Source: Candidatus Latescibacterota bacterium (lineage in GTDB: Bacteria; Latescibacterota; UBA2968; GCA-2709665). From it: DNA of 64,000 nucleotides. The stretch covers positions 2,208,001-2,272,000 of the forward strand of contig OZ242180.1 of assembly GCA_965205485.1 (NCBI GenBank). The letters run 5' to 3'. Below are positions 1 through 9,319 of the stretch, piece after piece; the first letter of the stretch is position 1; each line of letters starts with the position of its first letter. The position numbers and the translations under genes were made by a program. The notes beneath the pieces are model-generated. The model did no database searches, was not told where the DNA came from, and was given only the letters and a program-made list of their open reading frames with translations.

Positions 1-224
1 TAGCATCCTGGTCTGACGAGGCCTGCCTGGTCGGCGGACGTTAAAGGCTTTGAGTCAAGCCTCCTTCTGAGAGCGCTCAACTTGTGACTTGATTAGACAC
101 ACAAAACCATTTGCGCAACAACACCCTCTGTGCCGAGATTAACGGGACGATTACCCTTTGAGAATTCGCGAACAATGGAGAGGGCAAGGGAGCGCATCAG
201 ACGGATGGGCTCATTGTGGTTCTC

Positions 225-1214
225 TCAGTTTCGCTTTTTCGCACGTGAGCGCTCGGCCGTCAGTTCGGGGTAATCATCGCGGTGCCAAAACGCCGTTCGT
301 TCGACCTGCGCATAGAAGTCTGTCGAAGGCTCGAACCCGAGTTCCTCCCGGGCCCGGGAGATGTCCGCGAGGGTATGAGCGACGTCGCCGACGCGCGGCG
401 GTCTACGTTCAAGCCGGAGTTCTCTGCCTGCAACCTGTTCGAGGACGTCTTTAACCTCGAGCATGGAGTGGGCTTCGCCCTGGCCCACGTTGAGCACGTC
501 GGCTTCAAACCCGCGCCCGCGAGTCGCGGCAGCGATATTCGCGTCCACAACGTTGTCGATAAAGCAGAAGTCCCGAGTCTGTGTGCCGTCGCCCTCCAGG
601 AACGGCTGGTACGACGGATCCACGTACAGAGCATAGGGCCACGCCGATAATACGGTGGAGTAGGCGCCTCCAAAAACCGCGCCGGGTCCGAACACGTTGA
701 AATATCGCAGGCTGACCGCATCCAGACCGTACAATTGATGGAACATGTCGCACCACTGCTCACCCTGAAGTTTCGCCAGCGCATAAGGCGATTGTGGGGC
801 GGATGGGTATGCCTCCGGCGTGGGAAGGACCGAAGCCTCGCCGCAAACCGCACTGCTGCTGGCGAAAACCAGGCGGGTTCTCCCAATCAGGTCGGATTTC
901 AAAATCGCATTGAGCACGGACAGGGTTCCCATTACATTCGCTTCCGCGCTGTGCAGTGGATTCCGGACCGAGTAGGGAACTCGTGGCTTTGCGGCCAGGT
1001 GGAGGACCGCGTCCGGAATCGTGTTATTGAGAAGTCGCACGAACCAGTCCGCATCCACGACGCTGTGGACGTGATACTGAACGCCCTCGACGCCGTTGGC
1101 TGGCGTTCCGGAAGACAGATCGTCAACACCGAAAACGTCATGACCGAGTTCCATGAGACGACGGCATGTACTCTGCCCGATAAAACCGTTGCTGCCTGTA
1201 ACGATAAACCTCAT
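225..1214 (-). CDS. NAD-dependent epimerase/dehydratase (extended SDR, UDP-sugar 4-epimerase-like)
   Basis: Rossmann motif TGSNGFIG, ASSSAV, catalytic YALAK (YxxxK), LRYFNVFGP, GDGTQTRDF. Confidence 0.92.
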   Translation of the reverse strand: MRFIVTGSNGFIGQSTCRRLMELGHDVFGVDDLSSGTPANGVEGVQYHVHSVVDADWFVRLLNNTIPDAVLHLAAKPRVPYSVRNPLHSAEANVMGTLSVLNAILKSDLIGRTRLVFASSSAVCGEASVLPTPEAYPSAPQSPYALAKLQGEQWCDMFHQLYGLDAVSLRYFNVFGPGAVFGGAYSTVLSAWPYALYVDPSYQPFLEGDGTQTRDFCFIDNVVDANIAAATRGRGFEADVLNVGQGEAHSMLEVKDVLEQVAGRELRLERRPPRVGDVAHTLADISRAREELGFEPSTDFYAQVERTAFWHRDDYPELTAERSRAKKRN

Positions 1215-1432
1215 TGTGCAAAACCTCGATTTCCGTACCCGAAAAAGGCTTTGGTGAAACAGTCCGCTCGGTGTAATGACCGTCAGATACCATCATTATA
1301 CGGAACACATGGCGATTGGTTGCATCTCGCCGTCGTTTGACCCGTTTTCTGAGGCAGGACAATATACAAATCCGTTGGATTTTCGCAACGTATGCAAGAA
1401 TCGCAACAGAATACCGGAGGACTTTCAGTCCC

Positions 1433-2221
1433 ATGTCCGACCCATTCACTGCAACTTTCGAAAGACTCTGGATCGGCTTCAGGGCTAGCTGGTGCGACAG
1501 TCACGACCTGGGCGGCGCCACCGCGTTCAGCCACGAGGAGGTCAAAGCGGCCATGCTGCACCGCGTCGTACGGATTGACGTGCCCGGCGCGATGGTGGAC
1601 GCAATGATCGACCGCGCTCTTGCCCACTTCAGGGAACGGGATTTCGACTGCGCGTTCACCCTGTCGCCGCTGGACCGCCCCGCTGATCTGGCCGAACGGC
1701 TGAAGAGCAGGGGATTCACGTTTGAGATGCAGGCGGTGGCGATGCGCTGCGACCGGTGCGTCCGACCCTCGGTCTCCGAATCCGTCGAGGTTGAAGAACT
1801 CGATCCGCGCCGGTACGGCGTCTGGGCAGACATCATGTGCCGCAGCTTCGAATTTCCGGACGACGTGGGCGCTCTTGGAAGAGGGGTACTGAATATTCCT
1901 GAAGTAAGGCTCTACCTCGCGTACGTTGATGGCGCGCCCGCGGGAACCGCGTTGCTCTATTCCAGATACGGTCTGGGTTGTGTCGACTTTATTGGCACGT
2001 TGCCTCAATACCGCCGAAGGGGTGTTGCGTCCGCCGTGACCGCCCGTGCGGTCGCGGACTCCCGTTCGATGGGCAATCGATGGACGGGCCTTGAAGTAGT
2101 GGCCGGCAGCGCCGCCGAAAGGGTCTACAGGAGGATCGGGTTTCGTCCCGTACACGATCGCCCGCGTTATGTCAGGAGCACGAGTCAGGCCGACCGTGAA
2201 TCCGGGCCTGACCGAGCCTGA
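1433..2221 (+). CDS. GNAT family N-acetyltransferase
   Basis: Acetyl-CoA motif TLPQYRRRGVA and VYRRIGF; start moved from 1316 to ATG 1433, which follows GGAGG at 1416-1420. Confidence 0.85.
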   Translation: MSDPFTATFERLWIGFRASWCDSHDLGGATAFSHEEVKAAMLHRVVRIDVPGAMVDAMIDRALAHFRERDFDCAFTLSPLDRPADLAERLKSRGFTFEMQAVAMRCDRCVRPSVSESVEVEELDPRRYGVWADIMCRSFEFPDDVGALGRGVLNIPEVRLYLAYVDGAPAGTALLYSRYGLGCVDFIGTLPQYRRRGVASAVTARAVADSRSMGNRWTGLEVVAGSAAERVYRRIGFRPVHDRPRYVRSTSQADRESGPDRA

Positions 2222-2416
2222 AAACAGACGTTGAACGGACGCCACGCCGTCGTTCCTGACAGCGACTGGAACGGCAGCCGGGAGCGCGACCAGGCTCCGC
2301 GAACGGCCTGATGCCGCTATTCTGTCAGGGCGGGCAGGAACACGTTTTTTCCGAGTGGATATCGCCCCTTGCTGTGGTCGTGGAATACGATACGTTAATA
2401 TATAATTATATAGTCC

Positions 2417-2445
2417 TTGACTTGAAATCTTATAGTCAGTATCAT
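2417..2445 (+). promoter_or_regulatory. Sigma70-type promoter of the permease-SPFH cluster with overlapping palindromes
   Basis: TTGACT (2417-2422), 17 nt, TATCAT (2440-2445) in an AT-rich patch; perfect palindrome TATATAATTATATA at 2399-2412. Confidence 0.65.
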
Positions 2446-2605
2446 TTCCGATCCGGTCCCTGAAGTTAGGCGGATTTTTGTGTCGGCGAACATGACGGTG
2501 GGCGCATCGTCGTGTCCGGCGAGATGTACGGCGCCGATCGTTCCCGTTTTCTGAATCGCCTTCCAGGCGGCCCTTCGCGTCACCCAATGCACTGGAGGAA
2601 ATTGC

Positions 2606-4906
2606 GTGGTACAGCAGACGCTGGTCAGTTTCTTCGACTTTCTCTGGATGTCCGGTCTGCTCCTGGCGCCCATGCTGTTGCTGGGGTTGTTCCTCTCGGG
2701 CCTGATCCATGTATTTATCTCTCGTGAAGCCATCCTCAGGTGGCTCAAGGACGACAGCCTGAAATCCGTTGCCGTGAGTTCGGCCGTGGGCGTCCCGGTG
2801 CCGCTGTGCAGTTGTTCCGTCGTGCCGGTGGTTGCCGAGATGCGAAGGAAGGGCGCATCCCGTTCGTCCTGCATGTCCTTCCTGATAACCGCGCCGGAGA
2901 CGGGGGCGGATTCGATCCTGGTTACGAACGCCTTCTTCGGTTTTATCGCCGCGGTCGTGCGTCCCGTAATCAGCTTCATCACGGCCGTCGTAGCCGGCAT
3001 CTTTTGCATCGGTCTCATACGCAACGGCCACGAAGAAACCGTGTCGGACCATGGCCACGATGAACACGACCATGACCATGACCACGGGCACGATCACGAT
3101 CATGACCACGATCACGGTTCGCACGAGCCCCTCATTCCGGAAACTGACGACTGCTACGTGAGCTTTTCGCGATTGAAGGGCCTTTTCGTGCAGTGGTTGA
3201 AGAGCGTCGCCACGGTGGCCGGACGGTGGAAGTCCATTTCGTGGGTGAAACCGGCATTCTACCGTGACGCTCTGGAGGCGGAAGAGGCCGGAAAGACTTC
3301 TCCGGGGGACACGTCCACCGAGGGTCACGCACTCGATTTCAAAAAGCTGGTGAAGCACATCTTTCACTACGGTTTCGTTGAGATCGCCGACGACATCCTC
3401 TTTGCGCTGCTGGTTGGCGTGGCCCTGGGCGGGGTACTTTTCCTGGTGATTCCGGGCGACCTGATGACAAACGAATACGCCCGCTGGGTCTCCTATCCCG
3501 TCATGGTGCTGGTCGGCGTTCCTCTTTATATCTGCGCATCGGCGAGCACGCCGATCGCCGCGGCCCTTGTCGCGAAGGGATTCAGCCCGGGTGCGGCGCT
3601 GATCTTTCTGATGACCGGGCCGGCCACCAATACCGGTACCATCGCGATCATCGTCAGCCAGTTCGGCGCACGATTCGCCACCATATATGTAGCAGCGGTC
3701 ATCGCGGTCACGGTCGCCCTCGGTATTGTGATCGACGCGCTGCTCCTGGCCACCGGCCTGACGATTCCGGTGTACCTCGGCCCCTCCGAGTCGCCGACGA
3801 TACAGTTCCTTCAGTGGGGCTCGGCCCTGGTTCTCGTCGCTCTCATTATCTGGCGTTTCCGGGCGGGCGCGCTCCGCAGTGGCTGGGAGGACCTGCTTCT
3901 CAATATACGACCCCTGGCGAAAACATGGGCTCAGGCCTGGGAGCGCCTCACGCGCGGACGTAACTTCAAGGGGGTCATATCTCCCGGCACACCGATGGGA
4001 AAGATGCTCTGGGGATTGCTCCTCCTCCTGTTCCTTGCCAGCGGATTCACAGCCGTACCCCCCAATGCGGTAGGCTACGGCCTGCTTCTCGGCGAGGTCT
4101 ACTGGCGTGACATCCAGCCGGGACTGAGCTATCTCGCCCCATGGCCCTTCGTCAAGGTCGACAAGTGGCCGGTACGGGAAGTGAAGTCCATCCTTTGTGA
4201 AACTCCCGAAGAGTACGTGTCCGGCGATCTCAATCTGATTTCCCTGACCGTCAACGTGCAATACAGGGTCAAGGATCCCTACGTCTATCACTATCGGACG
4301 GAGGAGCCGAAGAGAGTCATCGCCGACGTCGTCAAGGCCCACGTGCGTTCCTTCATATCCGCCCGGGACCTCGAAAGACTGCTGAACGTGCATCGCGCAA
4401 CGCTCGAAGATCATCTCACCAGGTCCTTCGACGTGGACGTGCACTTCGCAAATTCGGTTCTGAAAACCGTTGAAATCGTCAAGGTCAACCTGCTGGATGT
4501 GAGCCCGGTGGCGGAAACCATGAGCGCTTTCAGGGACGTCTCCAGCGCGCAGGAAGACCGGGAGCGGATCATTGTCAACGCGCAGCGCTTCCTCGTGTCG
4601 CTGGTCCCCCAGGCGCACGGAAACGCGGCGTGGGAGATACAGCAGGCCGACGGCGAGGCCTATCGGAGAGTCAAGACGGCGGCCGCTGAGGCCGATGCCA
4701 TATCCACGGTGTCCAGGGCTGTAAGAACCGCGCCAGGCGTACTGAGGAACATGCTCTGGCGGGAGAAACTCGAGACGGCGTTATCCGGAAATCCCAAGAT
4801 CATCGTGCCCAACAAGAAAAGCCTCGAAAAGGTCGCGCTTTGGAAGAGAAAGACATCAGGGGTCAACCATGGCGCGCGGGCCGGCCACGGAAAGAAGGGC
4901 CACTAA
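2606..4906 (+). CDS. DUF318/ArsP-like (SO_0444-type) metal permease with His-rich loop, fused to a C-terminal SPFH (HflK-like) domain
   Basis: Permease motifs PLCSCSVVP, FLITAPETGADS, PLYICASASTPIAAAL, GAALIFLMTGPATN; His/Asp loop; SPFH motifs SGDLNLISLTVNVQYRVKDP and AFRDVSSAQEDRER; GGAGGA before GTG. Confidence 0.88.
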   Translation: MVQQTLVSFFDFLWMSGLLLAPMLLLGLFLSGLIHVFISREAILRWLKDDSLKSVAVSSAVGVPVPLCSCSVVPVVAEMRRKGASRSSCMSFLITAPETGADSILVTNAFFGFIAAVVRPVISFITAVVAGIFCIGLIRNGHEETVSDHGHDEHDHDHDHGHDHDHDHDHGSHEPLIPETDDCYVSFSRLKGLFVQWLKSVATVAGRWKSISWVKPAFYRDALEAEEAGKTSPGDTSTEGHALDFKKLVKHIFHYGFVEIADDILFALLVGVALGGVLFLVIPGDLMTNEYARWVSYPVMVLVGVPLYICASASTPIAAALVAKGFSPGAALIFLMTGPATNTGTIAIIVSQFGARFATIYVAAVIAVTVALGIVIDALLLATGLTIPVYLGPSESPTIQFLQWGSALVLVALIIWRFRAGALRSGWEDLLLNIRPLAKTWAQAWERLTRGRNFKGVISPGTPMGKMLWGLLLLLFLASGFTAVPPNAVGYGLLLGEVYWRDIQPGLSYLAPWPFVKVDKWPVREVKSILCETPEEYVSGDLNLISLTVNVQYRVKDPYVYHYRTEEPKRVIADVVKAHVRSFISARDLERLLNVHRATLEDHLTRSFDVDVHFANSVLKTVEIVKVNLLDVSPVAETMSAFRDVSSAQEDRERIIVNAQRFLVSLVPQAHGNAAWEIQQADGEAYRRVKTAAAEADAISTVSRAVRTAPGVLRNMLWREKLETALSGNPKIIVPNKKSLEKVALWKRKTSGVNHGARAGHGKKGH
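3047..3124 (+). repeat. His-Asp low-complexity coding repeat (putative metal-binding loop)
   Basis: Degenerate GAYCAY hexamers encoding DHGHDEHDHDHDHGHDHDHDHDHGSH (12 His). Confidence 0.9.
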
Positions 4907-5063
4907 GAGGCAGACGAAGATTTTTGAGGCACCCAATTCATATCCCTGAAGGAGTGCCGGATACCACGCCATTCGATTAGCGCCCGAGAAACCTGAACCG
5001 CAACGGGTCAGCGGGTCGATCGTTCACGCACGATCCGGACGTCCTAACTGACGAGGCAACGCA

Positions 5064-5954
5064 ATGACGCTCAAGAAAGCCACGATGACCGCGGCCATCG
5101 CCGTGATTGCCGGCGCGATCGTCTACGACAGCATCTACATTATCCACGAGACTCAGCAGGGCGTTCTGACGCACTTCGGAAAGATTTCGCCTCCGGTGAG
5201 ACAACCGGGGCTTCACCTGAAGTGGCCCCGCCCGATCTCCAGGATCTACAAGGTGGATCGGCGCATCCATACGCTGACCGACATCCCTCACGAACTGATC
5301 ACCGACGATCAGAAAAGCGTTCGCGTCGACGGGTACCTGCTCTGGAGGACCGTAGATCCCATTCTGTTCGTCGAGGCGATCCGCACCGGAAAGAACGCCC
5401 TGGAGCGCCTGCAGGACCTCTATCTCTCAAGCAGTGGGATTGTCGTCAGCAACAAGTCCCTGGACGCCTTTATCGGGCTGGGGCTGGAGCACGAAGACCT
5501 GAACGAGGCATCACGGGAGATTCACGCCAGGATTGCGCCGATTGCGAGAGAAAGCTACGGCATCGAGGTCATCGAAGCGGGAATCGTGGAATACACGCTG
5601 CCCACGGAGAACCGACCGAGCGTCATTCAGCGTATGATCGCGGAACGGGCGCGTATTGCCGCCCGGTATCGCAGCGAAGGCGAGGAACGGGCCCTGCGAA
5701 TCGAGGCGCTGGCCATCAACGAACACGAGAAGCTGCTGGCCGACGCCCACGCGGAGGCGACTGCCATTCTAGGCAAGGCCGAGGCCGAGGCGATGGCGGT
5801 GCTCGGCAAGGCGTACCGGCAGGACCCGGGATTCTACAGCTTCATCCGCGCCCTGGATAGTTACGACCTTATCATAGACCGGAACACGACGTTGATGCTT
5901 CCGGCCGACAACGAGTTGTTCAAGTACCTCAACAGCAGGTCCACGCCCCGATAA
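5064..5954 (+). CDS. hflC: HflC-like SPFH protein
   Basis: N-terminal TM; PGLHLKWP; ITDDQKSVRVDGYLLWR; RMIAERARIAARYRSEGEE; AYRQDPGFYSFIRALDSY. Probably a paralog rather than the housekeeping copy. Confidence 0.88.
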   Translation: MTLKKATMTAAIAVIAGAIVYDSIYIIHETQQGVLTHFGKISPPVRQPGLHLKWPRPISRIYKVDRRIHTLTDIPHELITDDQKSVRVDGYLLWRTVDPILFVEAIRTGKNALERLQDLYLSSSGIVVSNKSLDAFIGLGLEHEDLNEASREIHARIAPIARESYGIEVIEAGIVEYTLPTENRPSVIQRMIAERARIAARYRSEGEERALRIEALAINEHEKLLADAHAEATAILGKAEAEAMAVLGKAYRQDPGFYSFIRALDSYDLIIDRNTTLMLPADNELFKYLNSRSTPR

Positions 5955-5972
5955 ACCGAGAGTTCGCGCGAA

Positions 5973-7403
5973 ATGAGTGAACAGACATCATTGCCACGGA
6001 GTACGCGGATCATCTACGCCGTATTCGATTACTACTCGAAACACCGGCGGCGAATCATGGTATGGGCCGCTGCCGCGGTTGTGGTCGGTATCCTGGCCAG
6101 CGGGTTCTACATCGTCAAGAAGGAGGAACTCGGCGTCGTCCTCCGGTTCGGGAGGGTCGTGAATACCAACGTCCGGCCCGGTATACGCTACTGCATTCCG
6201 ATCATCGACGTGGTACACATCCGCAAGGTCAAGCGGGTCACCCGATACCGGGTGGCCAGCAAGGAAGGAAACAAGGTCAACTTTACCATATTGTCGGGAG
6301 ACGTGAACCTTCTGGAAGTGGACGTCGCCGTCCAGTACCGGATCGACAACCTCAGAAACTTCCTTTTCATCTCCAGCGATCCCATCGCGATGCTGACCGT
6401 TTACACCAGGGAGGAACTGGTCGACGCTCTGGGCGAGAATTTCATCGACCTGATTCTCACCTCGAATCGAAACATTATTCAAAGCAGGCTGTTCGACCGG
6501 ATTACCGCCCGGCTCGAGAATCGCGATATCGGGATAGAGCTTGTTTCGCTGGACATCGTCGACGTTAAGCCGATCGAGGAGACCATCGCCGCATTCCGGG
6601 ACGTCAGCGACGCGTTCGCGGAGCGGGCGAAGGCGGTCAGCGACGCGAATCGACAGAAGGAGCAGCTGATTGCACGCAGCCGGGGACAGGCCGAAGCGCT
6701 GGTATTGAACGCGAAAGCCAGGGCCCGGGAAAGGGTCGTGCAGGCGAAGAGCAGCGCAGGGTCGTTCTCCGCGCTCCTGGGCGAATACAGGAAACAGCCA
6801 TCGCACGTCCGCATCACCCGCTATTGGGACCGCATGAGGAAGATCTTTTCCGAGGCGAGCCTGGCTGCAGTCAACCCTGCCAATCAGTCGGCCATCGACA
6901 TCAACATGATAGACGGCGCCGGCGACGGATTCACGCCGGCGGACCTGGCGCTGGGGGAGCCGCCCGCAGGAACCGGCGCGGCGGCCGGCAGGATGGCGTT
7001 ATCGTCAACGCAAATGCCCGATATACATAAAATAGAAAATGTCGACGAGGACAGACTCACGCTGGACGGCCAATTTCACAAGGTGCGCGCGGAACGCGAT
7101 CACCTGGACGTGGCCAACCCCCGGTCGCTCATTTTCGACACGCCTTCGATATTCTCCCACAGCCACGTTGTGCGTGGCAAACGGTTCAGCCGGCAGGAGC
7201 AGGAGAAGCCGATGGTGGAGGTGCTCCCCGCGGAGGATGCCGGGTCGACGACGCAGGCGACGCCTGGAATCAAATCCGGGAAGAAGACGAAGGCCGGCTT
7301 CAAGCAGGGCAAGAAAGCGAAGGGCGCCGTCAAGCAGGGGAAGCAGGACGCGGCGGCTGGCAAGCCGGCAAAGACGGGGGAGGGTGGCGCCACGTCGAAG
7401 TAG
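5973..7403 (+). CDS. hflK: HflK-like SPFH protein with long C-terminal extension
   Basis: TM then GVVLRFGR, ILSGDVNLLEVDVAVQYRI, AAFRDVSDA, ARSRGQA; Lys-rich tail. Probably a paralog. Confidence 0.85.
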   Translation: MSEQTSLPRSTRIIYAVFDYYSKHRRRIMVWAAAAVVVGILASGFYIVKKEELGVVLRFGRVVNTNVRPGIRYCIPIIDVVHIRKVKRVTRYRVASKEGNKVNFTILSGDVNLLEVDVAVQYRIDNLRNFLFISSDPIAMLTVYTREELVDALGENFIDLILTSNRNIIQSRLFDRITARLENRDIGIELVSLDIVDVKPIEETIAAFRDVSDAFAERAKAVSDANRQKEQLIARSRGQAEALVLNAKARARERVVQAKSSAGSFSALLGEYRKQPSHVRITRYWDRMRKIFSEASLAAVNPANQSAIDINMIDGAGDGFTPADLALGEPPAGTGAAAGRMALSSTQMPDIHKIENVDEDRLTLDGQFHKVRAERDHLDVANPRSLIFDTPSIFSHSHVVRGKRFSRQEQEKPMVEVLPAEDAGSTTQATPGIKSGKKTKAGFKQGKKAKGAVKQGKQDAAAGKPAKTGEGGATSK

Positions 7404-7433
7404 ATGTGACACGCCTCGGGAAGAGGGTAGCGA

Positions 7434-8588
7434 ATGGCGGCACATATCGTCAGTGGGCTATTGGCATTCTGGCTCGCCCTGCTGCCGGTCGCAACGCCCG
7501 CGGCGGAGACAGGTATCAGCGATACGACGATTGTCTTCGGTCAGAGCGCTTGTTTCTCCGGGCCGAACAGGCAGTTGGGTTTCAATTATCGCGCGGGTAT
7601 TCGCGCGGCCCTGCAAGAAGCGAACCGTCGCGGCGGCGTTAACGGCAGGTCACTCAGGCTGATTTCCCTCGACGACGCGTACGAGCCCGATCAGGCAGCC
7701 GCCAACGCGGAGCGATTCGCATCCGAAAACGACGTATTCGCCGTCATCGGCGGCGTGGGTACGCCGACGGCGAAACGCATCGCGCCGGTATTGAAATCGG
7801 CAAATATACCCTTCGTGGGTCCCTTCACCGGCGCCGCGTTCCTGCGCAACGCCAGGCGGTTTCCAAACGTCGTCAACCTGAGAGCGGGCTATCTGGACGA
7901 GACACGCGTTCTGGTGGACCACATCCTGAGGAAGCGCGGCAAGAAGCGGTTTGGAATCATCTACCAGGACGACGCTTTCGGGCGTTCCGTCCTCAAGAAC
8001 TACAAGTCGGTGCTCGACGGAAAGGGCATTCCCATTCTGGGAAAAACCGCTTTCTCTCGAAACACCCATGCCGTTCAGGCCAGCCTGTTCGCCCTGGCCA
8101 AGGCCGACCTGGACGCCATCATGATCGTCGGCGCATACGCGTCCAACTCTGAAATTATCAACCTGGCGCACTCTCTCGGCCACAGATACATAATGGCCAA
8201 TCTGTCGTTCGTTCTGTCCTACGAGTTGAAGAAGAGGATCGATGCACCGAGCGACCGAATACTGGTCTCAGAAGTGATGCCCGATGCCGACGACACCGGC
8301 ATGCGGGTGGTCAGAAGCTTTCAACGGGCTCTGGGAGCCGTGGGCGCTGCAAGCGGTGAACAGGACGGGAAATTCGGTGTCAACGAGGTGTCCCTCGAGG
8401 GATATATTCTGGGACGCTTCGCCATCGAGGTGCTGGAGCGCATGGGCGAGACGTTGACGCGGGAGCATTTTCTGCAACAGGCATTGTCGTCCGGACCGGT
8501 AGCGATTGACGATTGGACGCTCGCCTTCGAGCCTGGAACCAACACGGGCTCGCGCTACGTCCGGTTGATCGATCTCGGAGGAGATTGA
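7434..8588 (+). CDS. Periplasmic substrate-binding protein, LivJ/branched-chain amino acid-like
   Basis: Signal peptide; GQSACFSGP; GGVNGRSLRLISLDDAYEP; GGVGTPT; GPFTGA; YQDDAFG. Confidence 0.88.
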   Translation: MAAHIVSGLLAFWLALLPVATPAAETGISDTTIVFGQSACFSGPNRQLGFNYRAGIRAALQEANRRGGVNGRSLRLISLDDAYEPDQAAANAERFASENDVFAVIGGVGTPTAKRIAPVLKSANIPFVGPFTGAAFLRNARRFPNVVNLRAGYLDETRVLVDHILRKRGKKRFGIIYQDDAFGRSVLKNYKSVLDGKGIPILGKTAFSRNTHAVQASLFALAKADLDAIMIVGAYASNSEIINLAHSLGHRYIMANLSFVLSYELKKRIDAPSDRILVSEVMPDADDTGMRVVRSFQRALGAVGAASGEQDGKFGVNEVSLEGYILGRFAIEVLERMGETLTREHFLQQALSSGPVAIDDWTLAFEPGTNTGSRYVRLIDLGGD

Positions 8589-8591
8589 CCC

Positions 8592-9080
8592 TTGAAAAAG
8601 GTGGATGAATTTTCAGCCGAAGAAATCGGCGAAGAGTGGTTGCGGGAGCTCTACAAGGTCGTCCACATGCGGCGCGGCACGATGTTCAGGCTGATTACGG
8701 AGTCGGCCCGCCTGCTGCTCTTGGGCAATGCGGGCGGCGCGGCATTGATCATCGGATTCATGAGTTCGCCTTCCGGAGTCGAAGACGCGGCCTACCACTG
8801 GCTGGCCCTGGCGACGCTGCTCGTGTTTGCGACCGGGACCCTGGCATCCGCGCTCACAATGATTCTTGTTGCCATGGTCTCGGTAAAGGAAGCGCACAGC
8901 GCCGAAGAGGCATTGAAGAGTTTCGCGGATCGGGACATCGATCGCACCCAGGTGCTCTTCACACTGGGCGAACAGACGTTTCGTATCGCCGACTATTCTT
9001 TGGTTTCGGGCGCGGTCAGTATGGGTGGGTTCATGCTGGGCGGGATGAGCAGTATCCTGCTCCTGATGCTGTTCTTCTGA
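8592..9080 (+). CDS. Hypothetical membrane protein (about 3 TM)
   Basis: TTG start 3 nt after the previous stop, with GGAGGAG; three hydrophobic segments. Confidence 0.7.
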   Translation: MKKVDEFSAEEIGEEWLRELYKVVHMRRGTMFRLITESARLLLLGNAGGAALIIGFMSSPSGVEDAAYHWLALATLLVFATGTLASALTMILVAMVSVKEAHSAEEALKSFADRDIDRTQVLFTLGEQTFRIADYSLVSGAVSMGGFMLGGMSSILLLMLFF

Positions 9081-9319
9081 GTCGCAACGGGTCGATACGG
9101 GCAAGTGATCGAAGGGGGCAACCCGGCGTCGGAAGCGAGGGTTGCCCCTGAAAAATTCCGGTGATTCGGCGCCTTGATCGACCGCTGCGACGATTCACAC
9201 AAACAGTTCCGAAGCTGCATCTCGCAGGGAGACAGTCACGACCTGCGGACCTGTTCGGCAACCTCGTCCGCAGGTGCGGGACAGGACAACAACTGAAGCC
9301 AACGCAAGGTCAGGTCAAC

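Noticed and set aside
3047..3124. Hexamer tandem repeat as a contingency locus or array
   Set aside because: In-frame and synonymously degenerate, so selected at the protein level as a His-Asp loop.
1283..4618. 1111-aa minus-strand ORF
   Set aside because: Antisense shadow of the GNAT and permease-SPFH genes; no motifs; long stop-free antisense frames are common in GC-rich DNA.
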